Shown: positions 28,479-37,607, counted from the first letter of the stretch. The stretch is DNA of 64,000 nt from Nitrospinaceae bacterium (GCA_023271875.1 JALPWY010000003.1:3888-67887); one strand, 5' to 3'. Notes: generated from the letters alone by a model not told the origin. Program-made: numbers and translations.

Positions 28479-28739
28479 ATGATAAAAACTGAGGTCTCAA
28501 AACCTTACAAAGTAACAAGCTACTTGGAGACAAACTCGATGGAAGTTAATGAACTTAAGTTAGAAATTAGGAAACATCATGTAACCCCCGGTGTAAATGT
28601 CTTGGACTTAGTGATAGATGCCGATGGTGAAAAGATTAAAGTTCAAACACAGCACAAAGATACCGACCGTGCATTTCAGCAATTTGTAAAAGATGCTATT
28701 GCTTTAGGCAAAAAGCTATCGGAAGCTCGTATCGAATAA
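28479..28739 (+). CDS. Hypothetical small protein (86 aa, or 66 aa from the ATG at 28539, which has a GGAGA RBS)
   Basis: ORF only, with no recognised motif. Confidence 0.4.
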   Translation: MIKTEVSKPYKVTSYLETNSMEVNELKLEIRKHHVTPGVNVLDLVIDADGEKIKVQTQHKDTDRAFQQFVKDAIALGKKLSEARIE

Positions 28740-28856
28740 AAAAACCACCCTGTGATTTGGGAAAAACTAAAAAATCCACCTGGAGGAGCCAGATAGATTT
28801 TAAAGATGCAATCGCTTCAAAAAAGCCAACCCATAGGGTTCTCCTCCCTGCATCAC

Positions 28857-29051
28857 TTATTCAATTATTTTTTCAATGCCTTGAATGATTGAACTTCCCA
28901 CCGGGGCGTTATTTTTTAAATAATCTCGAACCAAAATTACTGCATGGTTATCATCGATAGCCTTCACAAACATACTAAAGCCATGTTTTGAATTATCCTT
29001 ATTTTGTATTAAAACTCCACTTACTTTAAAAAAATTTTGTTTCGGTGGCAT
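28857..29051 (-). CDS. Hypothetical small protein, 64 aa
   Basis: ORF only. The ATG at 29051 is preferred to the TTG at 29069. Confidence 0.3.
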   Translation of the reverse strand: MPPKQNFFKVSGVLIQNKDNSKHGFSMFVKAIDDNHAVILVRDYLKNNAPVGSSIIQGIEKIIE

Positions 29052-29097
29052 CTTAGTGTCAACACTCAATACATTGCCATGACTTTAAAATTTAACT

Positions 29098-29262
29098 TTA
29101 TAAGGAGTTCTCATCGTCTTTTTTACTATTTTGTCGATTTTTTGAAGTTGGAAATTTATCGGAGGAATTTATTTCTTTGCCTGCACGAATCAACGTGCGA
29201 ATCAGCGTAATAATGACTATCGCCACTACGGCTAGAACTAAATGACTTGAATCAAAATCCAT
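29098..29262 (-). CDS. Hypothetical single-pass membrane peptide, 54 aa
   Basis: Hand-translated: MDFDSSHLVLAVVAIVIITLIRTLIRAGKEINSSDKFPTSKNRQNSKKDDENSL, with RBS GGGGG 8 nt upstream. It is directly downstream of the sigma-54 activator gene. Confidence 0.35.
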   Translation of the reverse strand: MDFDSSHLVLAVVAIVIITLIRTLIRAGKEINSSDKFPTSKNRQNSKKDDENSL

Positions 29263-29428
29263 CAAAGGAACCCCCGTTTATCTCAAATCCACACTCGACC
29301 TATTTTTTAAACGCAACACAGAAAAAATCAGAACAGCTTAAACTAGACATAGCATCGAAACTCGATGAGGGGTAATTGTCTCCTACGAGATGTCTAATTC
29401 TTAATTAGAGACCTAGAAACCAAGATTA

Positions 29429-30478
29429 CTAGCGCTTGAGGTCCATCTTCTTGATTTTTTCGACCAATGTAGTGCGATTTAATTCCAATAAACCTGCCGC
29501 TTTGTTCTTCACCCAATTAGTTTTTTCGAGTGCTTCTGTTATGAGCCCACGCTCAAACTCTTCCACTGCATTTTTTAGATTAATCCCTCCTTCCGGTAAA
29601 CCTATAAAAAAGGACTGCTTTAACCCATTCTGCAACATTTCGGTTGGAGACAATTCGCATCCAGGTTTTTCCATTGGCGGCAGATTTTCTCTAGGAACTT
29701 CACCCAAGACTTTTTCTGGTAAATCTCTCGGGGTTATGTTGTCCCCCACGCTCAACACAACCATTCGTTCAATAAAGTTTCCTAACTCCCTAATATTTCC
29801 CGGCCAAGAATAACTGGCAAGCATCTGTATCGTTTCGTCGCTGATTACCTTTGCCCGCTGATCTTGATTCTCATTGCATTTTTTCAAAAAATGCTGGACT
29901 AATAGAGGAATATCACTTTTCCGATCTCGTAACGGTGGTATAACTATTGGGATAATGTTAAGCCTATAGTAAAGGTCTTCTCGAAACTTCCCTTCCTTGA
30001 TTGCATCTTCAATGTTGCGGTGCGTGGCGGTAATAAATCTTACGTTAACCTTAACCGGTTTGCTTCCTCCTAACCGATCAATCTCCTGCTCGGCCAATAC
30101 ACGCAAAAGTTTTACTTGAAGCGCAGCAGGCATATCACCTATTTCATCGAGAAAAACCGTTCCTTCATTCGCTAGTTCTAATCGCCCTATATGTGTGTGC
30201 GATGCACCTGTAAATGCACCTTTTTCATACCCAAACAGCTCACTTTCCAGTAACTCGTGCGGGATTGCACCACAGTTAACAGCAACGAAGGGTTTACTTT
30301 CGCGCTTGCTATTTTGATGCAGTGCTCGAGCAATCAACTCCTTGCCCGTTCCACTCTCACCAAAAATCATAACTGTGCTATCGGACGCGGCGGCCTTTTC
30401 GACAACGCCGAAAATATCTCGAATTCCCTGGCTATTGCCAATGATACTATGCTCGCCGATTTGTTTGACTATGCCCAT
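29429..30478 (-). CDS. Sigma-54-dependent transcriptional activator (AAA+ plus HTH only; no N-terminal regulatory domain)
   Basis: Motifs: Walker A GESGTGKE, the sigma-54 contact motif [15 protein letters not shown], Walker B VFLDEIG, and C-terminal Fis-type [23 protein letters not shown]. The AAA+ core starts within about 20 aa of Met1. Confidence 0.88.
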   Translation of the reverse strand: MGIVKQIGEHSIIGNSQGIRDIFGVVEKAAASDSTVMIFGESGTGKELIARALHQNSKRESKPFVAVNCGAIPHELLESELFGYEKGAFTGASHTHIGRLELANEGTVFLDEIGDMPAALQVKLLRVLAEQEIDRLGGSKPVKVNVRFITATHRNIEDAIKEGKFREDLYYRLNIIPIVIPPLRDRKSDIPLLVQHFLKKCNENQDQRAKVISDETIQMLASYSWPGNIRELGNFIERMVVLSVGDNITPRDLPEKVLGEVPRENLPPMEKPGCELSPTEMLQNGLKQSFFIGLPEGGINLKNAVEEFERGLITEALEKTNWVKNKAAGLLELNRTTLVEKIKKMDLKR

Positions 30479-30678
30479 AAGTAACTGATTTTATATTAGA
30501 TGAAGGCTTGTTGTCAATGGATTGACGAATAATAAACCCAAGGCAAGTATATTCGGTGGCTACGTGCTATTCTTGAAATGATGATTTTTGAGTGAACTAA
30601 ACTGGGTTGCATCGCGCCTTAACCATCCCTTCAATCTCAAAGCGTATGGTCTCTGACAAAACTGGAGCCTATATTTTT

Positions 30679-32124
30679 TTAATTGTATCCAAGTAACGGC
30701 CAATAAAAAAATAATAGTGTCGCAAATGCAACCATACCAAGCAAACTAAGGATAGATCCTGTCCTAACCATCTCCCCTATACTGATGAAACGTGATGAAT
30801 AAGCAATTGCCGAAGCGGGAGTGCCTATCGGTAGCATAAAGGCAAAATTACTTGTAAGGATGACGGTCATAGCTACCATAGATGGACCTATCCCATAGGT
30901 ATCACTCATGCTTAATGCTGGCGGAAGCAAAACTGCAATAACCGCTGAATTACTCATAAAATTAGTAAGCACTATGGATAATATTGCTACTAGTATTAAA
31001 AATATGGTGGGGCTAGCGGTTCCTTCAAAGGCATGTTTAGCAAGCCATAATGCAGCGCCAGACTGGGACATAACTTCACCAAGGCAGATAGCGCCACCGT
31101 ACATCAGAATAATACTCCAGTTGACGTGCTCTTCAACCATCCTCCAATTAATAAGGTTTAGCACAAATAACAGAACAATAGAGATCAAAGCAATATTGGC
31201 TATGCCTAAATCTTCACTAAAACAAAACCAAGCAATGAGTGTCAAAATCATCACACCAGCGATTCCTTTTTCTTTTATGGTAACCGCTCCCATTGATTTT
31301 AATTTTTTCTGAAGTACCTGGTGTACGGGCTCTATATCCGTAATATCTGGTGAGAAAAATAGTTTAAGGACAATCCAACCACATATAATAAGTATAAAGA
31401 CCAATGGAAAACTCAACTTTGTGTATTCTAGAATCCCAATGCTTGCGTTGTGGGTAGTTTTTTCAAGAATCTCTACACCAAGCAGAACACGTCCACCACC
31501 AAATACTGTTGTTGTGCCTCCGATAATACATCCCCAGGCCAGGGCAAAAAACATACCCTTCCCGAAAACCGAATCTTCTTTTCTCAGACTAAGCGTGTTC
31601 ACAATTTCTAAGACAATAGGATACATCATAGCAGCCACAGCGTGCTCGGACATGAAACAAGAACTAAAGGCACTCAAAAAATAAATCGCCATTAACAAGC
31701 GCAATGGGTTGGCACCCCAATTATTTATCACCCATATCGAAAGACGTCTACTTAGACCGCAGGCAATCATTGCAGCAGATAAAATAAACACCCCTAGAAT
31801 AAAAAATACTGCTTTATTCCCAAAAAAGGAATACACGTCTGAAGCCTTCATAATGCCCATCATCGGGATTGCGGCGATTGCAAGCAGGCTGGTAATCGAA
31901 AGTGGAATTAGGTTGGTTGTCCACAAACTGACACAAAGGAAAAACACGCATAAAACCTTATAGCCTTCGCGTGATAAATCCATAGGCCCTTCTAATGAAA
32001 TCAAAAAGAAAAATACTGCAAAAAAAAGCGCGAGTAAAATTTCTCTGCGTAAACGGTCAAGGATCACCAATACCATGGGGCGTCGATCAACTATTATATC
32101 GGGGGTACTTTCAGTTGCTTTCAT
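30679..32124 (-). CDS. SLC13/DASS-family anion (di/tricarboxylate or sulfate) transporter
   Basis: About 480 aa and polytopic. Hairpin-loop regions contain SNSAV (FMSNSAVIAVLLP) and a Ser/Asn motif in the first half, typical of DASS permeases. Confidence 0.7.
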   Translation of the reverse strand: MKATESTPDIIVDRRPMVLVILDRLRREILLALFFAVFFFLISLEGPMDLSREGYKVLCVFFLCVSLWTTNLIPLSITSLLAIAAIPMMGIMKASDVYSFFGNKAVFFILGVFILSAAMIACGLSRRLSIWVINNWGANPLRLLMAIYFLSAFSSCFMSEHAVAAMMYPIVLEIVNTLSLRKEDSVFGKGMFFALAWGCIIGGTTTVFGGGRVLLGVEILEKTTHNASIGILEYTKLSFPLVFILIICGWIVLKLFFSPDITDIEPVHQVLQKKLKSMGAVTIKEKGIAGVMILTLIAWFCFSEDLGIANIALISIVLLFVLNLINWRMVEEHVNWSIILMYGGAICLGEVMSQSGAALWLAKHAFEGTASPTIFLILVAILSIVLTNFMSNSAVIAVLLPPALSMSDTYGIGPSMVAMTVILTSNFAFMLPIGTPASAIAYSSRFISIGEMVRTGSILSLLGMVAFATLLFFYWPLLGYN

Positions 32125-32444
32125 CTGGTCCTAATAAGTGTCAATTAAAGGAAGGGTGCAATGTGGTCACGCAAGATCAAACCCGCCCAAACGCGTAACC
32201 TACAATAAATGAATTAGCTGAAGGTTGCAACCAGTCCTATCAGTGATTACGGGAAGATCCATTATATTTACGATTGGAATTAAAAATCCGAATAGACAAC
32301 TACGATTTATAAGTAAATGAAGAGAGTGTCTGAATAGAAAAAATTTTCTTTAATCGTTGGGAATGAAAAAATTGGCGACTGGTTCAAGACAAGCGAAAAA
32401 AATTACGCAGGTATCTGAGGTGGTATTTGATTCTTCCTGACAAC

Positions 32445-33464
32445 TTAGTCGGAGTCTACTTGGTCGATCACCCATAAATCACAGGATCCGCAAGTATCTC
32501 GATAGTTTTTTCGGAAATGATTAAACTTTTCATTTTGCCAGATAGTTTGCAAGTCTCCATCAAGGAGGTTACCCATTTTCACCTCTGGCAAAAGGCAACA
32601 TGGAGTAACGTTACCCTCTCGGCTCACATAGGCATAATCGAATGTTTTAAGACAGTATTTCCCAGACTGATGAAGCTTTTTCCTTAGAAGTCGGTAAAAA
32701 AACCGAACCATTCTTGTACCAACTGCATACTGTAACCAATCAAGGCGAATTCCGCACTCATTGGCTATGTGATCCGCTTCATAAAAAATGCGTTCCTCTT
32801 CCACCGGACTAGGCCGTTTTAACTCAGGTGCATATTTACGATCAATACGACCTACGTTTACCGCTTCAACACCTATACGCGCCCCAAACCTTATAACATT
32901 ATACAAATCTTTCTCACACCCTTCATGAAGAGTAGCTTGAAGACGAATTGATGGTCTCCCAATTTCTCGAAGCCTCGCTATCTTTTCTATATTTTCGTAT
33001 ACCATGTTGCTGGTGTGTCCATTAGAAACGTTATTATCCTCAACTCCATCTATGGAAAAAGTGATCTCATCAAGCCTAGAATTTAAAATCTCTTTCGCGA
33101 TCGATTCTTTTGAAAAAAGCCCATTGGAGGTTATCATCACTCGATGCCCACGTTCTTTACAGTAGGTAATCATGTCAAAAATACGTGGATGTAGAAACGG
33201 CTCCCCCCAACCGGTAAGTGTGATTTTTTCTCGCTCCTTTAATTTATCGACCACAGTCACAAATTTATTCCAGTCCATATGCTCCAATTCAATATCAAGA
33301 ACTTCTCGCGGGCACATTGGGCAATCCATGTTGCACCGATTAGTGATTTCGATTTGCACTTGCCGAGGCTTTAAGGGCAATATATAGAACAATCTATGAA
33401 GTGTATCTAGGATCAGCGTCAACATATTCTTGGGTACGGGCCAGAACATTGCTCCAGCAATCAT
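32445..33464 (-). CDS. Radical SAM enzyme with a C-terminal SPASM/twitch-like Cys cluster
   Basis: Motifs: CNMDCPMC (CX3CX2C), GGEPF-like GWGEPFLH, and a C-terminal Cys-rich tail CCLLPE...CGSCDLW. The start is ambiguous: ATG 33464, 33449, or TTG 33476. Confidence 0.8.
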   Translation of the reverse strand: MIAGAMFWPVPKNMLTLILDTLHRLFYILPLKPRQVQIEITNRCNMDCPMCPREVLDIELEHMDWNKFVTVVDKLKEREKITLTGWGEPFLHPRIFDMITYCKERGHRVMITSNGLFSKESIAKEILNSRLDEITFSIDGVEDNNVSNGHTSNMVYENIEKIARLREIGRPSIRLQATLHEGCEKDLYNVIRFGARIGVEAVNVGRIDRKYAPELKRPSPVEEERIFYEADHIANECGIRLDWLQYAVGTRMVRFFYRLLRKKLHQSGKYCLKTFDYAYVSREGNVTPCCLLPEVKMGNLLDGDLQTIWQNEKFNHFRKNYRDTCGSCDLWVIDQVDSD

Positions 33465-33674
33465 CGTTTTCTGCAAATAATATATATCTTTTGACTAAGG
33501 CTGCAAAATTAAATAGTATTCTGACTGCTTTTCGGTTTATCCTTAGGAAAACTATAGTCTGAACCGGGTTTCCCGCAAGACTTTAAAAAAAACTTGAAAT
33601 CGTAAGAGCATGAAGACCTTGGGTATTTCCCCAAGTTCCCTTCCAATACGCTTATATAAAAGGAAAGTACTTAA

Positions 33675-34973
33675 ATGGGTCTGACAATTACTGAAAAAAT
33701 TCTAGCTGCTCACGCTGGTAAAGACAAAGTTACACCAGGGGAAACGATCTGGGTTGATGTCGATGTTTTGATGACGCATGACGTCTGCGGACCAGGCACC
33801 ATCAGTATTTTCAAAGAACAGTTTGGGGAAAATGCAAAAGTGTTTGACCGGGAAAAAGTCGTTATCATTCCCGATCACTATATTTTCACCTCAGATAAAC
33901 ATGCCAACCGCAACATAGATATTCTGAGAGAATTCGTTTCTGAGCAAAACCTTCCTTACTACTATGATGTGGGAACGGAGAATTATAAAGGTGTTTGTCA
34001 CCTAGCATTAGCCCAAGAAGGGCACAACCGACCAGGTGAAGTCCTCTTTGGAACCGACTCCCATACCTGCACATCCGGGGCGTTTGGAATGTTTTCCACT
34101 GGCATAGGTAACACGGACGCAGCTTTCATTCTTGGCACAGGGAAATTATGGGTTAAAGTGCCTGAAAGTATGCAATTTAAATTTACCGGTAAATTCCCAG
34201 ATTACATAATGGCTAAGGATATCATCTTGCAAGTCATCGGTGATATAGGTGTCGATGGAGCAACATACCGCACAATGGAATGGACAGGCAACGCAATCAT
34301 GAACTTCTCTATGGAAGAACGCATGACGCTGTGTAACATGGCTATTGAAGGTGGAGGGAAAAATGCTGTAATTGAAGCTGATGAAGTAACCCTCAAGTAT
34401 GTTAAAGAACGAACCAATAAGCCCTATAACATTTATCGTTCGGATTATGATGCAAACTACTATTTCAAGAAGGCTTATGACGCTTCAACGATGGAGCCAG
34501 TTGTTGCTAAACCTCACTCACCAGACAACAAGGCCCTAGTGAGAGAATGTAGCGACGTAAAAATAGATCGCTCCTATATTGGCTCTTGTACCGGCGGCAA
34601 GTATACCGATTTTCTTGCCGCGGCAAATATTCTCGACGGTAAAAAAGTTGCCGTTAACACATTTATTGTTCCAGCAACGACAGAAGTGTATAAGGATCTA
34701 GAAAATAAAACATTGAACGGTAAAACTTTGTTAAATATTTTTAAGGAGGCTGGGTGCGAGATTGGTGATGCATCTTGCGCCGCATGCCTAGGTGGCCCTA
34801 AAGACACATTCGGAAGAACTCATGGAACGGAGGTTGTAGTCTCCACCACAAACCGAAACTTTCCTGGTAGAATGGGGTCTAAGCAATCTGAAGTCTACCT
34901 CGCTTCACCCTACACGGCGGCCGCATCTGCCTTGACGGGGCGTATTACTGATCCACGTGAGATGCTAAACTAA
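33675..34973 (+). CDS. leuC: 3-isopropylmalate/(R)-2-methylmalate/homoaconitate dehydratase large subunit (archaeal-type LeuC)
   Basis: Aconitase-family motifs: MTHDVCGP, GTDSHTCTSGAFG, IGSCTGG, CAACLGG and NRNFPGRMG. Confidence 0.85.
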   Translation: MGLTITEKILAAHAGKDKVTPGETIWVDVDVLMTHDVCGPGTISIFKEQFGENAKVFDREKVVIIPDHYIFTSDKHANRNIDILREFVSEQNLPYYYDVGTENYKGVCHLALAQEGHNRPGEVLFGTDSHTCTSGAFGMFSTGIGNTDAAFILGTGKLWVKVPESMQFKFTGKFPDYIMAKDIILQVIGDIGVDGATYRTMEWTGNAIMNFSMEERMTLCNMAIEGGGKNAVIEADEVTLKYVKERTNKPYNIYRSDYDANYYFKKAYDASTMEPVVAKPHSPDNKALVRECSDVKIDRSYIGSCTGGKYTDFLAAANILDGKKVAVNTFIVPATTEVYKDLENKTLNGKTLLNIFKEAGCEIGDASCAACLGGPKDTFGRTHGTEVVVSTTNRNFPGRMGSKQSEVYLASPYTAAASALTGRITDPREMLN

Positions 34974-34997
34974 AAAAAATCAAGCTAAGTTAAAAAT

Positions 34998-35555
34998 ATG
35001 GAACAAACTATTGCGGGAAGAGCTTATGTGTTAGGCGATGATATAGATACCGATCAAATCATACCCGCTGAGCACCTAGTATATAGCCTAAGCGATCCTG
35101 AAGAGAAAAAAAACTACGGGAAATTCGCTTTGTCAGGTGTACCTCAAGATAACGCTGGACTGCCTGAAGGAAACAAACTATTCGTGGAGGAAGGAAAATT
35201 TGAATCAGAATACACTATCATAATCGGTGGAAAAAATTTTGGCTGTGGCTCTTCGCGGGAACATGCACCAGCCTGTCTTAAAATAGCTGGTATTCAAGCT
35301 ATCATCGCTACGTCTTACGCGCGTATTTTTTATCGCAACTCTGTAGATGGTGGATTTTTTATTCCTTTTGAATTTTCAGATGAGCTTGTTAATGACATTT
35401 GTACCGGTGACAATTTAACGATCAATGTAGAAACTGGAACTCTGACCAATAACTCCTCCAGTCGAACATTCAAGCTTCAACCCCTTGGTGAGGTCGCTGA
35501 GATTGTGAAAGCTGGGGATATTTTTGAATATGCACGCAAAGCTGGAATGATCTAA
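34998..35555 (+). CDS. leuD: Dehydratase small subunit (LeuD-type)
   Basis: Swivel-domain motifs: DDIDTDQIIPA and GKNFGCGSSREHAP. It lies adjacent to leuC. Confidence 0.85.
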   Translation: MEQTIAGRAYVLGDDIDTDQIIPAEHLVYSLSDPEEKKNYGKFALSGVPQDNAGLPEGNKLFVEEGKFESEYTIIIGGKNFGCGSSREHAPACLKIAGIQAIIATSYARIFYRNSVDGGFFIPFEFSDELVNDICTGDNLTINVETGTLTNNSSSRTFKLQPLGEVAEIVKAGDIFEYARKAGMI

Positions 35556-35571
35556 CAAGGAGCTCAGCACC

Positions 35572-36414
35572 ATGAAACAATTTTTAAAAATTCTAGTTCC
35601 AATTGCAATGGCCATCTTTTTCACACAGTCGGCTTTCGGATACGGACCAAAAGGATATGAGCCAAGTAAACATCAAAAAAACTATGAAGGCAAAAGCGGA
35701 GGAGGAAAAGGGCATCACGGTTACGGGCGTCCCAAGGGACCACCAGCAGACATTCCAACTCATATCAAGGAACGAATGAGTTCCGATGGCAAAGGTATTA
35801 ACCTTAACGGATCGCAAATAGGGGTCAAGGGAATCTCTATCATGGCTGAAACACCCGCGCTTAAAAACGTTGTCAGCATGGCCTTAAAAAGTAATAAGCT
35901 AGGTGATGAAGGTGTTCGTATCATCACCCAATCAAGCACCTTCAAGAACTTAGAACTTCTCTCTCTATGGGACAATGGAATTTCAGCTGCAGGAATAAAA
36001 ATGTTAGCACGTGGAGCAAATTTCAATAATCTGAAAGAGCTCAATCTCATGCAAAATAATCTTGGGGATGAGGGGGTAGTTCTACTCGTTGATTCAAGTA
36101 ATTTGTTTCATTTAACTTCACTAGATTTAAGTATCAATAAAATTGGTGACAAAGGAGCTATAGCAATTGCCACGTCACCTTATTTATCCAATCTTAAAAA
36201 ACTTGATCTATTCAATAATCAGATCACCCTCAAAGGCCTTGAAGCTATACTTCAATCTAAGACACTTATCAGCCTTGAAAAAATTGATTTCGTGAAAAAT
36301 AATATAGACGACGAATCAGCCGCAAAGTTATGGGAGTCTCACATGCATTCTTGTCGTGCCCTAAAAAAAATTGATCATCCTCACAAGGAGAAACTTCCAC
36401 TTTGCACAAACTAG
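35572..36414 (+). CDS. Secreted ribonuclease-inhibitor-type leucine-rich repeat protein
   Basis: Signal peptide (...FFTQSAFG|YG), a Gly/Lys/His-rich linker, then about six 28-aa repeats of the form LxxLxLxxNxIGDxGxxxLA. RBS AAGGAG sits 16 nt after the leuD stop. Confidence 0.75.
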   Translation: MKQFLKILVPIAMAIFFTQSAFGYGPKGYEPSKHQKNYEGKSGGGKGHHGYGRPKGPPADIPTHIKERMSSDGKGINLNGSQIGVKGISIMAETPALKNVVSMALKSNKLGDEGVRIITQSSTFKNLELLSLWDNGISAAGIKMLARGANFNNLKELNLMQNNLGDEGVVLLVDSSNLFHLTSLDLSINKIGDKGAIAIATSPYLSNLKKLDLFNNQITLKGLEAILQSKTLISLEKIDFVKNNIDDESAAKLWESHMHSCRALKKIDHPHKEKLPLCTN

Positions 36415-36451
36415 AAACCTTATGAGACTTTTTACTTGGTTAACACTTGAG

Positions 36452-36640
36452 TTATCTATTCCAACGGCGCTCGTTATACCTATCAATATGTTCTCGAACG
36501 CTTTGGGTTCCCCGCATGAAAATATCGAGCATATCTTTGAGTGCTTCCTTCTCTTCCCCTGGGTTCTCAGCTTCTTTGAAGTTATTGGCTTCCTCCGTCA
36601 AATCTTTTAAAAGCATATCCAGTTCCTCATTAAACGCCAT
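36452..36640 (-). CDS. Hypothetical acidic helical protein, 62 aa
   Basis: A perfect SD (AAGGAGGTGA) lies 7 nt before the ATG at 36640. The longer 102-aa ORF in the track is probably an artefact. It sits just downstream of fliW. Confidence 0.45.
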   Translation of the reverse strand: MAFNEELDMLLKDLTEEANNFKEAENPGEEKEALKDMLDIFMRGTQSVREHIDRYNERRWNR

Positions 36641-36666
36641 AATCCAATCACCTCCTTTTTTTATTT

Positions 36667-36708
36667 GTATATAAAAACCGCCTACCTGAGTAATAACAGA
36701 TAGGCGGT
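36667..36708 (-). terminator. Hairpin plus T-run downstream of fliW
   Basis: Minus strand: ACCGCCTA, 16-nt loop, TAGGCGGT, followed by TTTTTATATA. Confidence 0.4.
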
Positions 36709-36841
36709 AAGGAAATCTACAAGGATACTGCCAACCATTTAGATACAACTTACTTCTCAAACGGTTTAAAAAATATACCGCCGGTAAAAAGCATTGAACA
36801 AGATTTAACTATATAGAATATTTGAAAAAGTTAGAACCTGC

Positions 36842-37291
36842 TCAGGATATTTCTTTATTTCTTTTAGACATCAAGGAGTGCTTGGTATCATATTCAGCAG
36901 TTGTGAGGACAACTTGTTTAGCTAAGCCTTTTCCCTGATTAATGACTAGGGGTGCGACGAGATTGGCCGTCATTTCAGCATGTACCTTAGGTATAGTGAC
37001 GATGACTCGAACTACGACCGATTCCATTGACTCAATTTCAAGTTGAGTCTGTTCTCTGTCACTTAAAACCATTTTATATTCAGGTACAAATAAAAATGGG
37101 TCCGTCACAATAAAGGCCAATTCTCGAGTTCTCAGTGACTGCAACCACTCCATGGGACTTTCAATATTAGGGTCAAGAGGAAGCAGAGCAAACTCTTTTT
37201 CTTGGTCAAATCCATACAAAGCATCGGGAAAGACTAGAATATCTTGATCTTGTATTTCGAGTGAACCAAAGCGGGCAGTTTCGTATTTCAT
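36842..37291 (-). CDS. fliW: Flagellar assembly factor FliW
   Basis: 149 aa. The pattern FPDALYGFDQEKEFALLPL...MEWLQSLRTRELAFIVTDPF matches the FliW family. Its start overlaps the csrA stop (ATGA). Confidence 0.85.
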   Translation of the reverse strand: MKYETARFGSLEIQDQDILVFPDALYGFDQEKEFALLPLDPNIESPMEWLQSLRTRELAFIVTDPFLFVPEYKMVLSDREQTQLEIESMESVVVRVIVTIPKVHAEMTANLVAPLVINQGKGLAKQVVLTTAEYDTKHSLMSKRNKEIS

Positions 37292-37530
37292 TTTTTTAAA
37301 TTATCAGAAATAAAATCGGTGATTTTTTCTGGATCAAACCCAGCAGGAGTAGAGGAGGCTATTTTATTTTCCTCTTGAATTTTAAGGAATACCTCTTCGC
37401 GGTAAACCTTGGTAGTTTTGGGAGCATCTATTCCTATGCGAATATTCTTCCCTTTTACTTCTATAACGGTAATTTTCACATCATCATTAATTTGAATGCT
37501 TTCACCAACTTTTCTCGTAAGAACTAGCAT
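37288..37530 (-). CDS. csrA: Carbon storage regulator / translational regulator CsrA
   Basis: MLVLTRKVGESIQINDDVKITVIEVKGKNIRIGIDAPKTTKVYREEV is the canonical CsrA sequence. I trimmed the start to the ATG at 37530. Confidence 0.92.
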   Translation of the reverse strand: MLVLTRKVGESIQINDDVKITVIEVKGKNIRIGIDAPKTTKVYREEVFLKIQEENKIASSTPAGFDPEKITDFISDNLKK

Positions 37531-37607
37531 GGGCGGATTCCATTCCTTATATTGAAGTAACAATACTTCTTAACTCACTTTCACTTTAGTACCAAGCGAA
37601 TTATATC

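Noticed and set aside
29156-29163. Another TCCGATAA 8-mer on the minus strand, inside the 54-aa ORF; also one at about 2871-2878 on the plus strand, inside the first reductase gene.
   Set aside because: There is no TAAA-type -35 element at 15-16 nt in either case, and both are intragenic. They are probably chance occurrences. They serve as the local background for the three flagellar-cluster copies.
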